A DNA stretch of 64,000 nucleotides from the IMG/VR virus record IMGVR_UViG_3300027770_000050, positions 1-64,000 of that record, one strand, 5' to 3'. This DNA comes from a virus. This document shows positions 10,862-19,903 of the stretch, one piece after another; position 1 is the first letter of the stretch; the number at the start of each line of letters is the position of its first letter. Position numbers and translations under genes: made by a program. Below the pieces are notes generated by a model. The model saw only the letters and a list, made by a program, of their open reading frames with translations, made no database searches and was not told the origin of the DNA.

Positions 10862-11845
10862 ATGTCCAAAAATCCATATGAAATTCTTGGGGTTGATCAT
10901 AACTCTACATTAGATCAAATTAAGACAGCATATAGAAAGTTAGCTAAAAAATATCATCCCGATGTAAACAAAGAGTCTGGAGCTGAGGAAAAATTTAAAG
11001 AAATATCTCAAGCTTACGAAGATATTATTAGTCCAAAACCTCAACAGAATTTTCAACCTCCTCACAATCCTTTTAAGGACACACCTTTAAATAATTTCAG
11101 AAGATCATTAAATTTGCCAATAACACTTAGATTAGAGTTGGAAATTTCAGAAGCTTTTGAAGATCAATTAAAGTCTATTGAATATGATAGATTGCTTTAC
11201 TGCGAAGAGTGTAATGGTAACGGTGGACATGGTGCACAAAATATGTGTACTGATTGTATGGGATCAGGAGAACAATATGTAACTCAAAATCTTGGGTTCA
11301 TGTTCATCAGAAACTACGCAGGTCCATGTCATAAGTGTAGAGGTAAAGGTAGTTATTTCTCCAATACTTGCCAAAAATGTCAAGGTATCGGACATCATAC
11401 CAAACGTGAAATATTTAGAGTAACTCTTCCCAAAGGTTCTGCTTTTAAGGGAGTAGTTTTTGACGGTAGAGGTAATTATGGAGATCGTGAACAAAGTCCA
11501 GGAACTTTGTTTATAGAAGTTATAATCAAACAAAATGAAATATTGTTTTTCGATCAACAGTTAAATTTACATAATGAAATTTATGTTGACCCAATACAAG
11601 CAATAGTGCAACCACATTTTGCATATAAACATCCTAGCGGAAATATTTTGAAATTTAAATTCAATAATAGCGTCAAGAGTGGTTATGTACACATTGTTAA
11701 GAACAAAGGTATACCAACATCTTTAGAAACAAGATCAGACTTGCATTTGAAATTTTTGTATAATATACCAAAGGATCTTAGCGAAGAAGAAGAACAGTTC
11801 TTGAATTCATATATAGAATCAAGAAAAAGGAGAGATTTACTATGA
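10862..11845 (+). CDS. dnaJ: DnaJ/Hsp40 co-chaperone with zinc-finger domain
   Basis: J domain with HPD (YHPDVN), four CxxCxGxG repeats and a C-terminal substrate-binding domain. Confidence 0.93.
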   Translation: MSKNPYEILGVDHNSTLDQIKTAYRKLAKKYHPDVNKESGAEEKFKEISQAYEDIISPKPQQNFQPPHNPFKDTPLNNFRRSLNLPITLRLELEISEAFEDQLKSIEYDRLLYCEECNGNGGHGAQNMCTDCMGSGEQYVTQNLGFMFIRNYAGPCHKCRGKGSYFSNTCQKCQGIGHHTKREIFRVTLPKGSAFKGVVFDGRGNYGDREQSPGTLFIEVIIKQNEILFFDQQLNLHNEIYVDPIQAIVQPHFAYKHPSGNILKFKFNNSVKSGYVHIVKNKGIPTSLETRSDLHLKFLYNIPKDLSEEEEQFLNSYIESRKRRDLL

Positions 11846-12054
11846 GTATGGTCAAAAGAGCTACTGGAAAGATTGAAAAGTTTACAGATAGCGAGGGGCA
11901 TGAAGTACAAGCAGAAAATTTAGTTTGGGCAGATGAGAAGAATGATTCTCCAGCACCAATCAAAGATGAACTTGTAATCCCTTCAACAACTGGAATGGAT
12001 TTAGATATTGATGCATCTGATGAAGATGACACTGTAATAGCTAAGGATTGCTAA
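11842..12054 (+). CDS. Small acidic hypothetical protein
   Basis: ATGA overlap with the dnaJ stop, upstream SD AGGAG, 70 aa. Confidence 0.65.
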   Translation: MSMVKRATGKIEKFTDSEGHEVQAENLVWADEKNDSPAPIKDELVIPSTTGMDLDIDASDEDDTVIAKDC

Positions 12055-12055
12055 G

Positions 12056-12490
12056 ATGGAAAAATTGATGTCCATATTCACCAATACACAAAATGATCTA
12101 ATTTTATTTTTAATTTGTTGTGTTGTAGGGATTGCAGTACTTACCTATCTAGCTAAATTTACAGCTGATACCAAAGTTACGTTAAATACACTGCAAGTGA
12201 TCAAGATTGTTCTCGAAGCAAAATTGGGGTCTAAAGCTGGTAAAATTTTAGACATATGGATCGAAGGTCTTAATAAGATTCAAGATGGTGAGTTTTCTGT
12301 AACGGATGGAGTTGATCAATTTGTTAGATTCATTCGTTTAGGAGCAGCATCCAAGGGTATTGAACTTGATGATGAAGATATTGAGAAAATCGAAATGCTC
12401 GTCCTTAGCACTCTTGAAACATTTATAAGTAAGCACCCAAAACAAATTACAACTGCTGTAAATAAATTCAACGCAATGAATTCTAAATAA
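12056..12490 (+). CDS. Hypothetical membrane protein (single N-terminal TM; possibly holin-like)
   Basis: Hydrophobic segment LILFLICCVVGIAVLTYLA followed by a helical soluble domain; tightly packed in the operon. Confidence 0.6.
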   Translation: MEKLMSIFTNTQNDLILFLICCVVGIAVLTYLAKFTADTKVTLNTLQVIKIVLEAKLGSKAGKILDIWIEGLNKIQDGEFSVTDGVDQFVRFIRLGAASKGIELDDEDIEKIEMLVLSTLETFISKHPKQITTAVNKFNAMNSK

Positions 12491-12509
12491 TTTATTTTAT
12501 TTTTATCTG

Positions 12510-12543
12510 ACAACCATTTTGTTGACACCAACAAAATGGTTGT
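12510..12543. repeat. Perfect 15-bp inverted repeat (terminator, cruciform or operator) upstream of the helicase
   Basis: ACAACCATTTTGTTG-acac-CAACAAAATGGTTGT followed by TTCTTT. An extended -10 TGTTATAAT lies at 12551-12559. Confidence 0.8.
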
Positions 12544-12566
12544 TTCTTTATGTTATAATGGTTTAT

Positions 12567-14333
12567 ATGATTGAGATTAAGGTATATAACGATAAGTGTA
12601 TTATTGTAAACAATGATCATGATCATGGTTTATTGCCTCAAATGTATTCTGAAGCAGTAAAGAATGAGTTGTCTTACACTGTACCGTCACATGAATGGTC
12701 AGCAAAATATAAGATGGGGCAATGGGATGGAAAAATTACTCTTTACAACAAGAGATTGCAATCATTCCCTGCCGGATTGAGTAATAGAATTGCAAATCTA
12801 TTTCAAGAATTAAAAGTTCAACATACTTTTATTGATTGCAGAACTAAACCAGCAAAAGATTATCCTATAGCTTGTGATTTTCAAGGTAAAGAGCTAAGAG
12901 ATTATCAGCATATATCAGGAGTCTTAGCACACAAAAGACAAAGAGGAATGTTAGCTCTGGCAACTGGAGCTGGAAAAACTATGACTTCTTGTTTTATATT
13001 TACAAAACTTAAAGTAAAGCCAGTTGTTTTTATTGTTCCAGCTATTGAACTATTAAAACAAACACAAAAAGAATTTGAAAAGTACTTACGATTAGACGGT
13101 CAACCTGTCAAAGTTGGTATTGCTGGCGGTGGATTGTGTGATATCAATATGGATGGTATCAATGTTATCACTTATCAAACAGCGTTGATAGCTTTTGATA
13201 AAAAGTATGTTGAATCAAATAATAAAATTGTGGAAGACAACGGTGAAGGAAGTAAATCAACAGCTCTTCTTCAAAAAGAATTAGAAGATACTTTAGCTGC
13301 ATACAAAAAAGCTAAAAACACAGCAAATAATCAATTGTCAGATTTACATTCTGAAGTAATCAATGCAGAAGAAAATCAATCAAAAGATGCAGAAAAACTA
13401 CGCAAAAAATATGAAAGAGAAATAAATTCTCTTACCAAAATTGAACTAATTGCATACAAAAAAGCTCAGACAGCCTGGGATCACAGACAAGAAATATTAT
13501 TCCAAAAAAGCCAAGTAAGAAAAGTTATTGCTGAATGTACAGCTCTGATTATAGATGAAGCTCATGTTGCTGCTGTGGTTACTGAAGAAATTGGCAAACA
13601 ATCTCTTAATTCATATTATCGCTTAGGGCTATCTGCTACTCCTTTTAGAACTGATAATCAAGAAATTAGAATTGAAGGTACTCTCGGTGGAAAAATTGTT
13701 GAAGTTACAGCAAGTGATTTGATCGAGCAAGGATATTTAGTTCCACCAAAGATCTTCGTTGTTCATATCAAAGATGTGCAATCAGCTCAAACATGGCATG
13801 AAGTTTACAACTTAAATATCGTAAATCACTGGGAAAGAAACTATCGCATAAAGCAGTTTGCAGAAGGTTTCAAACAAAAAGGTGTACCAACTCTCATTCT
13901 TGTTGAAAGAAGAGAGCATGGTGAAATACTCGAAGGTATGATTGAGGATTCAGTATTTGTCCCAGGTGGAGACAAAGGATTTGACGATCCTACTGATGAG
14001 GAAAAAAACTACAGAAGAAGAATGCTTAATGCTGTAGAAAATAATGAAATAATTCTTATAGCAACACAATGGGCAAATGTTGGAGTTGATGCTCCTAAAA
14101 TTTCTTGCTTAGTGTTGGCTGGAAGTAATCAATCTCCTGTTACTACTTATCAACAGGTTGGAAGAGTCTTAAGATGTGTTGGAAAAGATGTGGAAGCTTC
14201 AATACAAAACGGAAAACCTGAAGCTATTATTATTGATTTCGCATCTCAACACAAGAATTTGAAATCACACTCTAATATGAGAAAAAATGTATACAGAAAT
14301 GAACGAGCTTGGAAGATGTATGAAATAAAATAA
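12567..14333 (+). CDS. Superfamily 2 DEAH helicase (UvsW/Rad25-like) with a coiled-coil insertion
   Basis: Q motif LRDYQ, Walker A ATGAGKT, DEAH, LSAT, motif V (VGVDAP) and motif VI (QQVGRVLR). Start moved from TTG 12519 to ATG 12567, just after the -10 box. Confidence 0.9.
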   Translation: MIEIKVYNDKCIIVNNDHDHGLLPQMYSEAVKNELSYTVPSHEWSAKYKMGQWDGKITLYNKRLQSFPAGLSNRIANLFQELKVQHTFIDCRTKPAKDYPIACDFQGKELRDYQHISGVLAHKRQRGMLALATGAGKTMTSCFIFTKLKVKPVVFIVPAIELLKQTQKEFEKYLRLDGQPVKVGIAGGGLCDINMDGINVITYQTALIAFDKKYVESNNKIVEDNGEGSKSTALLQKELEDTLAAYKKAKNTANNQLSDLHSEVINAEENQSKDAEKLRKKYEREINSLTKIELIAYKKAQTAWDHRQEILFQKSQVRKVIAECTALIIDEAHVAAVVTEEIGKQSLNSYYRLGLSATPFRTDNQEIRIEGTLGGKIVEVTASDLIEQGYLVPPKIFVVHIKDVQSAQTWHEVYNLNIVNHWERNYRIKQFAEGFKQKGVPTLILVERREHGEILEGMIEDSVFVPGGDKGFDDPTDEEKNYRRRMLNAVENNEIILIATQWANVGVDAPKISCLVLAGSNQSPVTTYQQVGRVLRCVGKDVEASIQNGKPEAIIIDFASQHKNLKSHSNMRKNVYRNERAWKMYEIK

Positions 14334-14353
14334 TCTACGCCATTGTAGATTAT
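14330..14353. terminator. Hairpin between the convergent helicase gene and the small ORF
   Basis: ATAATCTAC-gccatt-GTAGATTAT, a 9-bp stem without a clear U-tract. Confidence 0.45.
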
Positions 14354-14361
14354 GAATTACC

Positions 14362-14433
14362 TTACATTTGCATTTTGAATAATGCTGAAATTACTTGATT
14401 CATCATCTCTTCAATTTGTTCAAAAATCTTCAT
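14362..14433 (-). CDS. Unannotated 23-aa peptide MKIFEQIEEMMNQVISALFKMQM
   Basis: Strong SD AGAAGGGGGTGA 5 nt before the ATG; open frame to TAA; amphipathic helical pattern. Confidence 0.55.
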   Translation of the reverse strand: MKIFEQIEEMMNQVISALFKMQM

Positions 14434-14456
14434 AATAATCACCCCCTTCTTAACGT

Positions 14457-14489
14457 AAAAAAACCGCTGATTAATACCTTCAGCGGTTT
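14457..14489 (-). terminator. Intrinsic terminator/attenuator-like hairpin upstream of the 23-aa ORF
   Basis: Minus strand AAACCGCTGA-aggtattaa-TCAGCGGTTT-TTTT: a 10-bp stem ending in a run of 7 T. Confidence 0.65.
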
Positions 14490-14530
14490 ACACTATAATA
14501 TTATACCTGTTATCAGAGAATACCTTTTGC

Positions 14531-14558
14531 AAGTGCATTTATACTAAATAGGGAATAA
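14531..14558 (+). promoter_or_regulatory. Putative phage promoter AAG-N19-GAATAA
   Basis: AAG at 14531-14533 and GAATAA at 14553-14558, upstream of the gene at 14584. Confidence 0.55.
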
Positions 14559-14583
14559 GAAATTACCTTTGGAGGAGGAAGCC

Positions 14584-14937
14584 ATGTTTCATCAAACAAT
14601 AGTCGGAAAGCCTAAGCATTGTCTTAACAGGAACTGCAAAACTCCATTTACTAAAAACTCTCATCTTGGTTGGTTGCCAAAATCAGAAGTTGAAGTTTAT
14701 GCAATTATGAGATGTCCTAAGTGTAAAGATACGTTTGCTGTTGTTCAATTAATTTCTATGGCTCATGATTATAGAAATGACTTACCAGCTGATCAAACGA
14801 AAATATCGAAATCTGGTCCTATAACCAAAAGTGAAACTCTGTCATTTAGAAAAAAACTTGAAAATAAAGATGCTTTGAAAGAACTTTTTGAAGGATATAA
14901 ACCTGGAGGAACTGTTTTACCAGAAGATCCAGAATAA
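14584..14937 (+). CDS. Putative zinc-ribbon hypothetical protein
   Basis: CLNRNC...CPKC. Strong SD GGAGGAGG before ATG 14584 (the ORF track starts at TTG 14569). Confidence 0.7.
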   Translation: MFHQTIVGKPKHCLNRNCKTPFTKNSHLGWLPKSEVEVYAIMRCPKCKDTFAVVQLISMAHDYRNDLPADQTKISKSGPITKSETLSFRKKLENKDALKELFEGYKPGGTVLPEDPE

Positions 14938-14954
14938 ATGTATAATCCTATATT

Positions 14955-16649
14955 ATGGGATATGCAATTGGAATTGATTTAGGGAGTACTTTTAGTGTTG
15001 TATCATATGTAAATTCAAATGATCAACCCGAAGTTATTCCAAACGATTTAGGAGAGCGTATAACTCCAAGCGTTGTTAGTTTTGGCGACGAAATATATGT
15101 AGGGCAGTATGCTGTTGACATGGAGCAGCATTTGCCCTTTTTTAGTACCATTCGTGTCGTAAAAAGACACATGGGAACTAGTAAAAGATTTGCAATAAAT
15201 GGTAAGTCATATAGTCCTGAAGAAATTTCATCTCACATTCTTAAATATTTGAAACTATGCGCTGAAACATATTTAGGTACAGAAGTTACCGAAGCAGTTA
15301 TTACCGTACCAGCTTATTTCAACAACGATCAGAGACAATCCACCAAAACGGCTGGAGAACTAGCTGGATTAAAAGTTTTACGTATTATCAATGAACCCAC
15401 AGCAGCATCTCTGGCTTATGGGTTAGATAAGAAAAATGATGCAACAATTTTAGTTTATGATTTGGGGGGAGGAACATTTGATGTCACTTTACTCAAACTT
15501 ATGGACGGTGTTGATTTTCACGTTCAATCTACATCTGGAAATACTTCTCTTGGCGGTGTAGATTTTGATTCTGCTATAAGTGAAATTATTTGCAATAAAA
15601 CTATCAACACATTAGATCCTGTTGATTTGAGAAACATATCGGAGAAAACTAAAAAAATGCTTTCTCATATGTTAGTGGCTAATCTTATGGTGGGCAAATC
15701 ACCAATTAAAATTACTCGTGAAGAGTTTGAAGTTTCTATCAAGCATTATATTGATAAAACAATGGTCTGTGTAAATGATGCACTAAGAGACGCAAATACA
15801 AAAACTGACAAGATAGATGAAGTTGTATTTGTAGGTGGAAGTACTAGAATTCCAATGATTGAAAGAGCTATTGAAGAAAAGTTTGGAAAAAAGCCAAATA
15901 AGTCAATAAATCCTGATGAAGCCGTATCAATAGGGGCAGCAATCCAAGCATCAGTTTTGACAGGAAAATCAAGCAGAGAAGTGTTTCTTTTAGATGTCTG
16001 TCCTCTATCTTTGGGTGTAGAAACTCAAGGTGGAATTATGAGCATCTTAATTTCAAGAAATACTCAAGTTCCGTCAGTTGTAAAGGAAATCTTTACAACT
16101 GCTTATGACAATCAAACTTCTGTTGATGTGAAGATTTTTCAAGGAGAAAGACCAAAGACGATTGATAATTTATGCCTTGGAGAATTTAAGCTTGATGGAA
16201 TAGAAAAATCACCTAGAGGAGTACCAAAGATTGAAGTAACATTTGAAATTGATGCAAATGGTATACTTTCAGTCAAGGCTCAAGATTTGGACACTGGAGT
16301 CAAGAAAGATATTGAGATTACTGGGCAAGCATCATTATCAAATGAAGAAATATCAAAAATTATTGATGATGCACAAAAATACAAAGAAGAAGATGAATAT
16401 TTTAGAAAAATTACAAATATGCACGATTTTCTTTATGATTGCGAAATTCAAGTTGAAGAACTACTTAGAACTAATGCACTAAGCAAAGAAGATATTATTG
16501 ATTTGAATGATTTGAAAATTTCTATACAAGAAGATGGCAAAAGTCAAAATATAGAACTCTTGTCCAGTTTATTAGAATCTGCTAAAGAAACTATTAAAGA
16601 AAAATCAATAAAATTGCATGAGATTGCCAAGGAAAAAGCAAATATATGA
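14955..16649 (+). CDS. dnaK: Hsp70 chaperone DnaK
   Basis: GIDLGST, TVPAYFN, INEPTAA, DLGGGTFD, VGGSTRIP, NPDEAV and linker FLLDVCPLSLG. Confidence 0.97.
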   Translation: MGYAIGIDLGSTFSVVSYVNSNDQPEVIPNDLGERITPSVVSFGDEIYVGQYAVDMEQHLPFFSTIRVVKRHMGTSKRFAINGKSYSPEEISSHILKYLKLCAETYLGTEVTEAVITVPAYFNNDQRQSTKTAGELAGLKVLRIINEPTAASLAYGLDKKNDATILVYDLGGGTFDVTLLKLMDGVDFHVQSTSGNTSLGGVDFDSAISEIICNKTINTLDPVDLRNISEKTKKMLSHMLVANLMVGKSPIKITREEFEVSIKHYIDKTMVCVNDALRDANTKTDKIDEVVFVGGSTRIPMIERAIEEKFGKKPNKSINPDEAVSIGAAIQASVLTGKSSREVFLLDVCPLSLGVETQGGIMSILISRNTQVPSVVKEIFTTAYDNQTSVDVKIFQGERPKTIDNLCLGEFKLDGIEKSPRGVPKIEVTFEIDANGILSVKAQDLDTGVKKDIEITGQASLSNEEISKIIDDAQKYKEEDEYFRKITNMHDFLYDCEIQVEELLRTNALSKEDIIDLNDLKISIQEDGKSQNIELLSSLLESAKETIKEKSIKLHEIAKEKANI

Positions 16650-17044
16650 ACAGGTTAGGTTTTTGGTCAAGTTTAATTTGCGCAATACACTGTACGATTT
16701 TGCCACTTGTTCTAATTTTAATTCCTACATCTGGTGTCTATTTGTTTATCAATGAAACATTTGAGCTTGTATTTCTTATTGTTTCATTACTTATAAATAT
16801 CGCAAATTTGTGTTTTGGGTACAAGGTTCATAAATCTAACAAAGCCTTGAGTATATTAGCTCTTGGATTATTTTTATTTTTAGTCGGCAGATTGCTTCAT
16901 AAACATAATGACGAAAATGTAATTCGATATGATTTATTTAACTTTTTTATGATATTAGGCGGTGTAATGATGGCTTTTTCAAGTTTTATAAATAGCAAGA
17001 TGTGCAATACTTGTAAAAAATGTGAGTGCAAAAAAGATGGATGA
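16646..17044 (+). CDS. MerC-like four-TM membrane protein
   Basis: N-terminal LGFWSSLICAIHC..LP matches the MerC-domain pattern; four hydrophobic segments; Cys-rich tail. Confidence 0.7.
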   Translation: MNRLGFWSSLICAIHCTILPLVLILIPTSGVYLFINETFELVFLIVSLLINIANLCFGYKVHKSNKALSILALGLFLFLVGRLLHKHNDENVIRYDLFNFFMILGGVMMAFSSFINSKMCNTCKKCECKKDG

Positions 17045-17531
17045 TAAAAAAATAGATAGGCAAAAATTAATAACTGATGACAGTTATGAGCTTTTACCTA
17101 TCGAAATTGAAAGTATAGTAGTTAATGCAGAAAGTCGAGTTTTTGTGGCTTTAAGTGATGGATATAATAAAAAAGCTTATGAATTAAATACTTATGAAGC
17201 TAGCATGCTAAGCTTTTTTGCTAAGTATTATCATGAAAATGCACACATACAAACCATGCATCAAGCTTTTCTGAAATTTCTAAAATTATATAAAACAGAA
17301 ATAGATGGTATAGTTATTGAAAGTAAGGTTGGGGATGTAATTTATTGTTCAGTGAAATTTACAGATAGTAAACTAAACAATCTTTTTACCATCTTATCTT
17401 TGAATGATGGTTTGATACTATCCATATTGTCCAAGAAGGAAATAAATATAGTCCAACTTGTTTGGGACAATATGGATAGCATTGATGACTGGGATTATGA
17501 AAACTTCATAATCGATAATGACGAAGACTAG
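17037..17531 (+). CDS. Bifunctional nuclease (DUF151/BFN)-like protein
   Basis: YEA...TMHQ.F...I.I....D..Y.S...SLNDGLILS resembles the DUF151 THDL...RPSDAIALA pattern. The start may be 17022 or 17037. Confidence 0.55.
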   Translation: MDDKKIDRQKLITDDSYELLPIEIESIVVNAESRVFVALSDGYNKKAYELNTYEASMLSFFAKYYHENAHIQTMHQAFLKFLKLYKTEIDGIVIESKVGDVIYCSVKFTDSKLNNLFTILSLNDGLILSILSKKEINIVQLVWDNMDSIDDWDYENFIIDNDED

Positions 17532-17534
17532 TTA

Positions 17535-18551
17535 TTATGCAACGTAGCACATAAAGTCGAAGTCAACTGTTAAGATACCAGTATTGACTTGGAAGTTTGT
17601 AGCGTTGATGATAGCTTTTGAAAGACCAATTCCAGCTGAAATAAGGTTTTGCCAGCCAAAGACGTTTTGTTCATCATACCCGGCAACTTCAAGAGCAAAT
17701 GAAGTTGAACTTGCAGAAGCAAGAATAGTCTTACCTGCACTCTGAGTTGTAATACCAGCAAGGTTTTCGTCAGCATATGTTGAACCAACAACAACTGCAC
17801 CCTTGCCTTTACCAGAAACAGTAATAGCATTAATACCAATGTGTGGGAATGGAGTACCATACTTGTATGAAATACCGTTACCAGACAAACCAGATGGTAA
17901 GTTAGTACCACCACCGCCACCAAGGGAATAACCGCTATTTGGATTGACAAAGTTGTATGGGTTGATGAAATAAGCTTTGCTTGTTTCAACATTAACGCTG
18001 ATAGATGCTTCTTGAATGAAGTAAGTTCTGTTACCAATTTGTGCTCTGAAGTCATAGAAACGAGCAACTCTAGTAGGACCAGCAGTTGAATATCCAACAC
18101 CAGAACCTGTTGGATCTAAGGATGGGTGTGGAGCATTAGACTGAACTACCCAGAAGGAAGATGTACCAATACCAACATCTCCATCACCCTCTAAAGTAAT
18201 GGAAACCGATCCACCACCTTCGTTGATCGAAAACTCAGCAGATTTCAATACAGGAAGTGTAGCGGTGGTTGGATTGAGAATTTCAGTGATTTTATCATCA
18301 GCTAGTTGTCTACCATCCCATCTAGAACCACCACCGATAAGGATAGGAGATTGAATTGAGATAGACTCACTAGCTCCACCGATGTCCATAATTCTGGTTT
18401 TTGGACTACCAGTTATCATTGACTTCGGATTGGCATCAATCGTAACACTTCTACTTGCTGACTCTACAATATAAGAATAACCAGCACCACCACTGGCTGT
18501 TCTAATATAGACAGCTTTGTAAATACCAAGGATGTCATTATTAATAGGCAT
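17535..18551 (-). CDS. Putative tail tube / major structural protein
   Basis: Beta-rich, G/S/T-rich 338 aa protein. Paralogous N-terminal half with the adjacent gene. Has its own AGG-N19-GAA promoter. Confidence 0.5.
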   Translation of the reverse strand: MPINNDILGIYKAVYIRTASGGAGYSYIVESASRSVTIDANPKSMITGSPKTRIMDIGGASESISIQSPILIGGGSRWDGRQLADDKITEILNPTTATLPVLKSAEFSINEGGGSVSITLEGDGDVGIGTSSFWVVQSNAPHPSLDPTGSGVGYSTAGPTRVARFYDFRAQIGNRTYFIQEASISVNVETSKAYFINPYNFVNPNSGYSLGGGGGTNLPSGLSGNGISYKYGTPFPHIGINAITVSGKGKGAVVVGSTYADENLAGITTQSAGKTILASASSTSFALEVAGYDEQNVFGWQNLISAGIGLSKAIINATNFQVNTGILTVDFDFMCYVA

Positions 18552-18613
18552 TTTTTCTACTCACTTTCAAAAGATTTCTTATTTCATTCTTTTGTTTTTA
18601 AAGATTATTGTTC

Positions 18614-18643
18614 TTATTCATTATAAGTTAGATGCTTCCCTTT
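18614..18643 (-). promoter_or_regulatory. Putative phage promoter AAAGG-N19-GAATAA
   Basis: Minus strand AAAGG-gaagcatctaacttataat-GAATAA. Confidence 0.6.
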
Positions 18644-19584
18644 CAAGCGAAAGTGAATAAGCCATTGGCTTGCATCGAAGCGTCTGGTTTATTTATTCCA
18701 ATCCAACTAGTCGTTCTCCTTATTATTTGTGAGGATAATGGAGTTTGTGCGATGTTAAACACTGGATTTGGAAAAGAAGCAGTTATACTTCCAATTTCAA
18801 AAGTAAGATTTTGAAATTGCATAAAACCACCATGAATGAAAGTTTGTTGATCAGAACCTTGTCTTGATACTTCAGTGATTGATCCTGACCACTTTGTTGT
18901 TTTAACAGCAATAAGTTCTATTTGATCTTTGTGTGTAACTCCAGCACCAGCATAATAAGGCATTAGAAAAACAGGAGTTATAAGTTCATTTTCAATCTTG
19001 ATTTCAAATTCAGAAGTTGTTCTCATAGAAGATTCTTTCCTGAAAGCATTGCATTCAGCAAATGACAAAACTCTTCCCTGGAGAGAGTTTTCATTTATAT
19101 TGAATGTTGAACCAGTTCCAGCATCTACCATTCCAGTGACACTTAATGTCACATTTACTGGGCCACCGTCACTGGTTTTTATTGTTAAGTTGTTTATCAC
19201 CACTGAATCTAAAGATAAAAGTTGATTATTGTCAGATCCAGGATTACTTACGGTTGCATTAAAATGAGAAAGAACATGATGTGTATCAATTCTTAAAGCT
19301 GACATAGGCCTTGCTGCATAAGTTAGTAAAGTTCTCGCAGCACTTTCTAAGTTACCATTTTTATCAACTCTTAATGGAAAAGAAATTGAACCTTCGTATT
19401 TCTTTACACCTAAATTGTATATAGAAGCAGATGGTCCACCTTGAACATAATAGTTGATATCAAGTTCCTGTGTTTGATTAATATCACAATTTTCTACTAG
19501 TAGATAATCTCCATTGATACAAATACTCTTAGTTTGTAATCCAGTAGCAAATTGACCTCTTGTTAGGATACCTGGGAATGCCAC
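18643..19584 (-). CDS. Tail-tube-like paralog
   Basis: VE......I/V.G.P...I..(I/L)G.....SI..P and RV..F motifs shared with 17535..18551; YEGSISFP and WSGSIT are typical of tube folds. Confidence 0.5.
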   Translation of the reverse strand: MAFPGILTRGQFATGLQTKSICINGDYLLVENCDINQTQELDINYYVQGGPSASIYNLGVKKYEGSISFPLRVDKNGNLESAARTLLTYAARPMSALRIDTHHVLSHFNATVSNPGSDNNQLLSLDSVVINNLTIKTSDGGPVNVTLSVTGMVDAGTGSTFNINENSLQGRVLSFAECNAFRKESSMRTTSEFEIKIENELITPVFLMPYYAGAGVTHKDQIELIAVKTTKWSGSITEVSRQGSDQQTFIHGGFMQFQNLTFEIGSITASFPNPVFNIAQTPLSSQIIRRTTSWIGINKPDASMQANGLFTFA

Positions 19585-19585
19585 T

Positions 19586-19903
19586 TTACCACCTAGAGTC
19601 TTTTACTTCAAAGAAGCTTTTGAATGTTGAGTTAACTCCATTATAAGATTCCCAAGTATATTTGTGTTTACCAACTCTTGACGGTGTCCAGGATTTATAA
19701 TACGATCCAGTAGTTCCAGTGCCTTGAATATTTTGTGTATTTCCAGATCCTGATCCAACTCCGAATGTAAAAGTATAACCTATTCCACCAGGTTCAAACA
19801 TATAAAATTTAAGACCTGTAGTAGTTATACCAACACCAGATTCATCTGTAAGAGCTGCATAAATTTTTATTGTTGTTCCAGTGTATATCTCACTATTGTT
19901 CAT
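19586..19903 (-). CDS. Small Ig-like virion protein (hypothetical)
   Basis: Beta-strand pattern TGSYYKSWTPSRVGKHKYTW; co-transcribed with the tube-like genes. Confidence 0.55.
   Translation of the reverse strand: MNNSEIYTGTTIKIYAALTDESGVGITTTGLKFYMFEPGGIGYTFTFGVGSGSGNTQNIQGTGTTGSYYKSWTPSRVGKHKYTWESYNGVNSTFKSFFEVKDSRW

Noticed and set aside
14326-14353. TCTAC-N6-GTAGAT resembles the Cas12a crRNA repeat stem (solitary repeat or RNA anti-CRISPR?)
   Set aside because: Single copy, lacks the AATTT 5' pseudoknot sequence, and has a longer loop. The stem extends to 9 bp like an ordinary hairpin between convergent genes. No cas genes or array are present.
17570-18100. 176-aa alternative-frame ORF, and similar shadow ORFs (25604..25984, 47690..48238, 60301..60621 and others)
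   Set aside because: They lie wholly within well-supported genes, have compositions expected from off-frame or antisense reading of biased codons, and lack start signals.
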